NCBI GenBank assembly: GCA_004764695.1
Contig: SMSO01000031.1
Coordinates: 3,386,436-3,450,435, forward strand
Reading direction: 5' to 3'
Length of the DNA: 64,000 nucleotides
Source of the DNA: Schizochytrium sp. TIO01
Lineage: Eukaryota > Protista > Bigyra: Labyrinthulomycetes
Below the pieces are notes generated by a model. The model did no database searches, had not been told where the DNA came from, and worked only from the letters and a program-made list of their open reading frames with translations. The translations under genes and the position numbers were made by a program. Within the stretch, counting starts at the first letter, position 1. Each line of letters starts with the position of its first letter. This document shows, one piece after another, positions 62,383 to 64,000 of the stretch.

Positions 62383-64000
62383 ATGATCAAAGTGCCCACG
62401 GGGACACCACCGTCGAAACCAAGTACACCAGATCGTTCACAAAAGCGGTTTCCAGTTGTTCAAACCAAGGATCTTGCGCTCGAGGATGATGATACATATT
62501 ACAGGCGTAGCTACGAACCAAATTGGCGCTCAAGAACGACTGTGTCACCAATTATTGATGTGACAATCACATCTCCAAACCATTTTGACCGTGAGCAGAT
62601 GGCACGAAGCCAACTTGAAAGTTTTCAAGGTAGGGTCGTCGAGGAGGTAGACCAAGGTCGAGCTCCTACACCGCATTCAGCAATGGACGGCTCGCTTGAT
62701 ATTCCAGGGTTTCACAGATCTTCGACTCCTCAAGTTCATGGAGAATCAGGAAAAGTTCCATTGAGTTTGGCTGCAGAATTAAAAGATATCGAACGAGCCA
62801 GTCAGCAACTTCTTCAGAATATGGAACTCATGGAGCTCCGAGCATCTCGATCTGCTCATGACCTTGGTTCGCAAGATGTTCAACGGAAAGAGCAAGTCGA
62901 GGCAAAGAGGAAAGCTAAGTATACCGAGACAGGGGTTCCAAAGGGCATTGGCAGTCGAACTGCGCAGCGCGCAGCTGCTCGCAAAGAGTGGAAGGAAAAG
63001 GTAGGTAAATCTATTCCCTTTCGACAACGCCCACAGTCAGCTTTCCGCCCAAACTCCCGTCCAGCTTCTCAGGCTACGCGAAGCAGCGAACATCAGAGCC
63101 AAGGGAGTCAGAATAAGAAAATCATTTCAAGAGATGCGATGATATCCGATGACAATAAGGAGAACCAAAACCGCAAACAACGCACAACTGCAGTAGCCAA
63201 CGAAAAAGCAGAAAATCGACGTTCTCAATCGCCAGCTCATAAGCCATATATTCACAAATCCCGCACAAATACACAGACCAAAAGGCTTTCAGGACACACT
63301 CTCTTGGAAAAGGAAATCAATAGAAATAACTCTCAACTTGCTCTGGGTTCTCGCAGTCGATCTTCTTCTCCTGACAAGCAACAGCAGAGAATAGAACCAT
63401 CGGCTATGGCTTCCGCTGTACATAATTTTAAAGACCCATTCCATGAAAGCCCAAAAGCGCACGGTTATATGGTTGAGGCGGAACTTGCCCGCCTTCGCAG
63501 CGAACTAGAAGCTTTGCAATCAGTGTCTACAGTACAAGCAAACCTTAAAACAGCGAAATCCGAAACCCTTGATCTTTTGGACCAATTCCCGCAATTCACA
63601 GATGCAATCAAGTCCATGGAAGAGGATACTTCAGATGCAACACGGGCCTTACATGACCGAATTGCATCTTTAGTACAAAGCTACCGTCATATGAATGAGT
63701 TGGTGGTGCGAGCACCTCTTGGCTTCATAAGCTCTGAGATGGCTAAATCAGAGGAAAAAGCGAAGCCTATATGGATGCCCCATCGAGAAGATTTTGATCA
63801 TACCCTATTACAAGCAGAAGCTCAGGATATTGCTTTTCGCAAACGACAAATTGATGCCATGCTACAAGAGTCTCACCAACCCGTATTTGATCCGTTCAGC
63901 TTTACCACAGATGGAGAGCTGGTCCAAACTATCCGAGAGAAAATTCGTCAAATAGATGCAGATATTATTGCTTTCGTCGAGGATTCATTTGCTTTCCGAG
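62383..64000 (+). CDS. Uncharacterised protein, 5' part (at least 539 codons, runs off the window)
   Basis: Open from ATG 62383 (MIKVPTGTPPSKP...) to the window end without a stop. It is missing from the ORF track, presumably because it has no stop here. Disordered N-terminus, then helical/coiled segments (EAELARLRSELEALQ). Confidence 0.8.
   Translation, partial: MIKVPTGTPPSKPSTPDRSQKRFPVVQTKDLALEDDDTYYRRSYEPNWRSRTTVSPIIDVTITSPNHFDREQMARSQLESFQGRVVEEVDQGRAPTPHSAMDGSLDIPGFHRSSTPQVHGESGKVPLSLAAELKDIERASQQLLQNMELMELRASRSAHDLGSQDVQRKEQVEAKRKAKYTETGVPKGIGSRTAQRAAARKEWKEKVGKSIPFRQRPQSAFRPNSRPASQATRSSEHQSQGSQNKKIISRDAMISDDNKENQNRKQRTTAVANEKAENRRSQSPAHKPYIHKSRTNTQTKRLSGHTLLEKEINRNNSQLALGSRSRSSSPDKQQQRIEPSAMASAVHNFKDPFHESPKAHGYMVEAELARLRSELEALQSVSTVQANLKTAKSETLDLLDQFPQFTDAIKSMEEDTSDATRALHDRIASLVQSYRHMNELVVRAPLGFISSEMAKSEEKAKPIWMPHREDFDHTLLQAEAQDIAFRKRQIDAMLQESHQPVFDPFSFTTDGELVQTIREKIRQIDADIIAFVEDSFAFR

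Overview
This is eukaryotic nuclear DNA, not prokaryotic. It has GT-AG introns, long microsatellites, and genes for ESS2, COMMD2, TTLL4, NME7, VPS13 and XPC. Large, intron-poor genes, flagellar markers and (AAAG)n/(AAAC)n-rich spacers suggest a flagellated stramenopile-type protist such as a thraustochytrid; this is an inference, not a proof. About 13 protein-coding loci lie in a gene-dense block (9.8-54.4 kb) and at 58.5-64 kb. Two gene-poor, microsatellite-rich regions (1-9.4 kb and 54.4-58.3 kb) hold decayed or cryptic exon-like islands. Most notable: (i) a sphingolipid Delta4-desaturase (DES1/DEGS)-like enzyme fused to N-terminal TPR-like helices and a C-terminal RING-type zinc finger; (ii) a ~5,150-aa VPS13 carrying a PH domain, two discoidin/galactose-binding-like domains, a Ca2+-type C2, a second C2 split by a PDZ, and a C-terminal PX domain; (iii) a stand-alone membrane CHASE sensor with no output domain. 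PNPase and VPS13 are broken by five single-base indels, mostly at short homopolymers, which are probably assembly errors. I could not support any tRNA, rRNA, CRISPR array or intact transposon. All domain calls come from motif recognition by eye, not from database searches.
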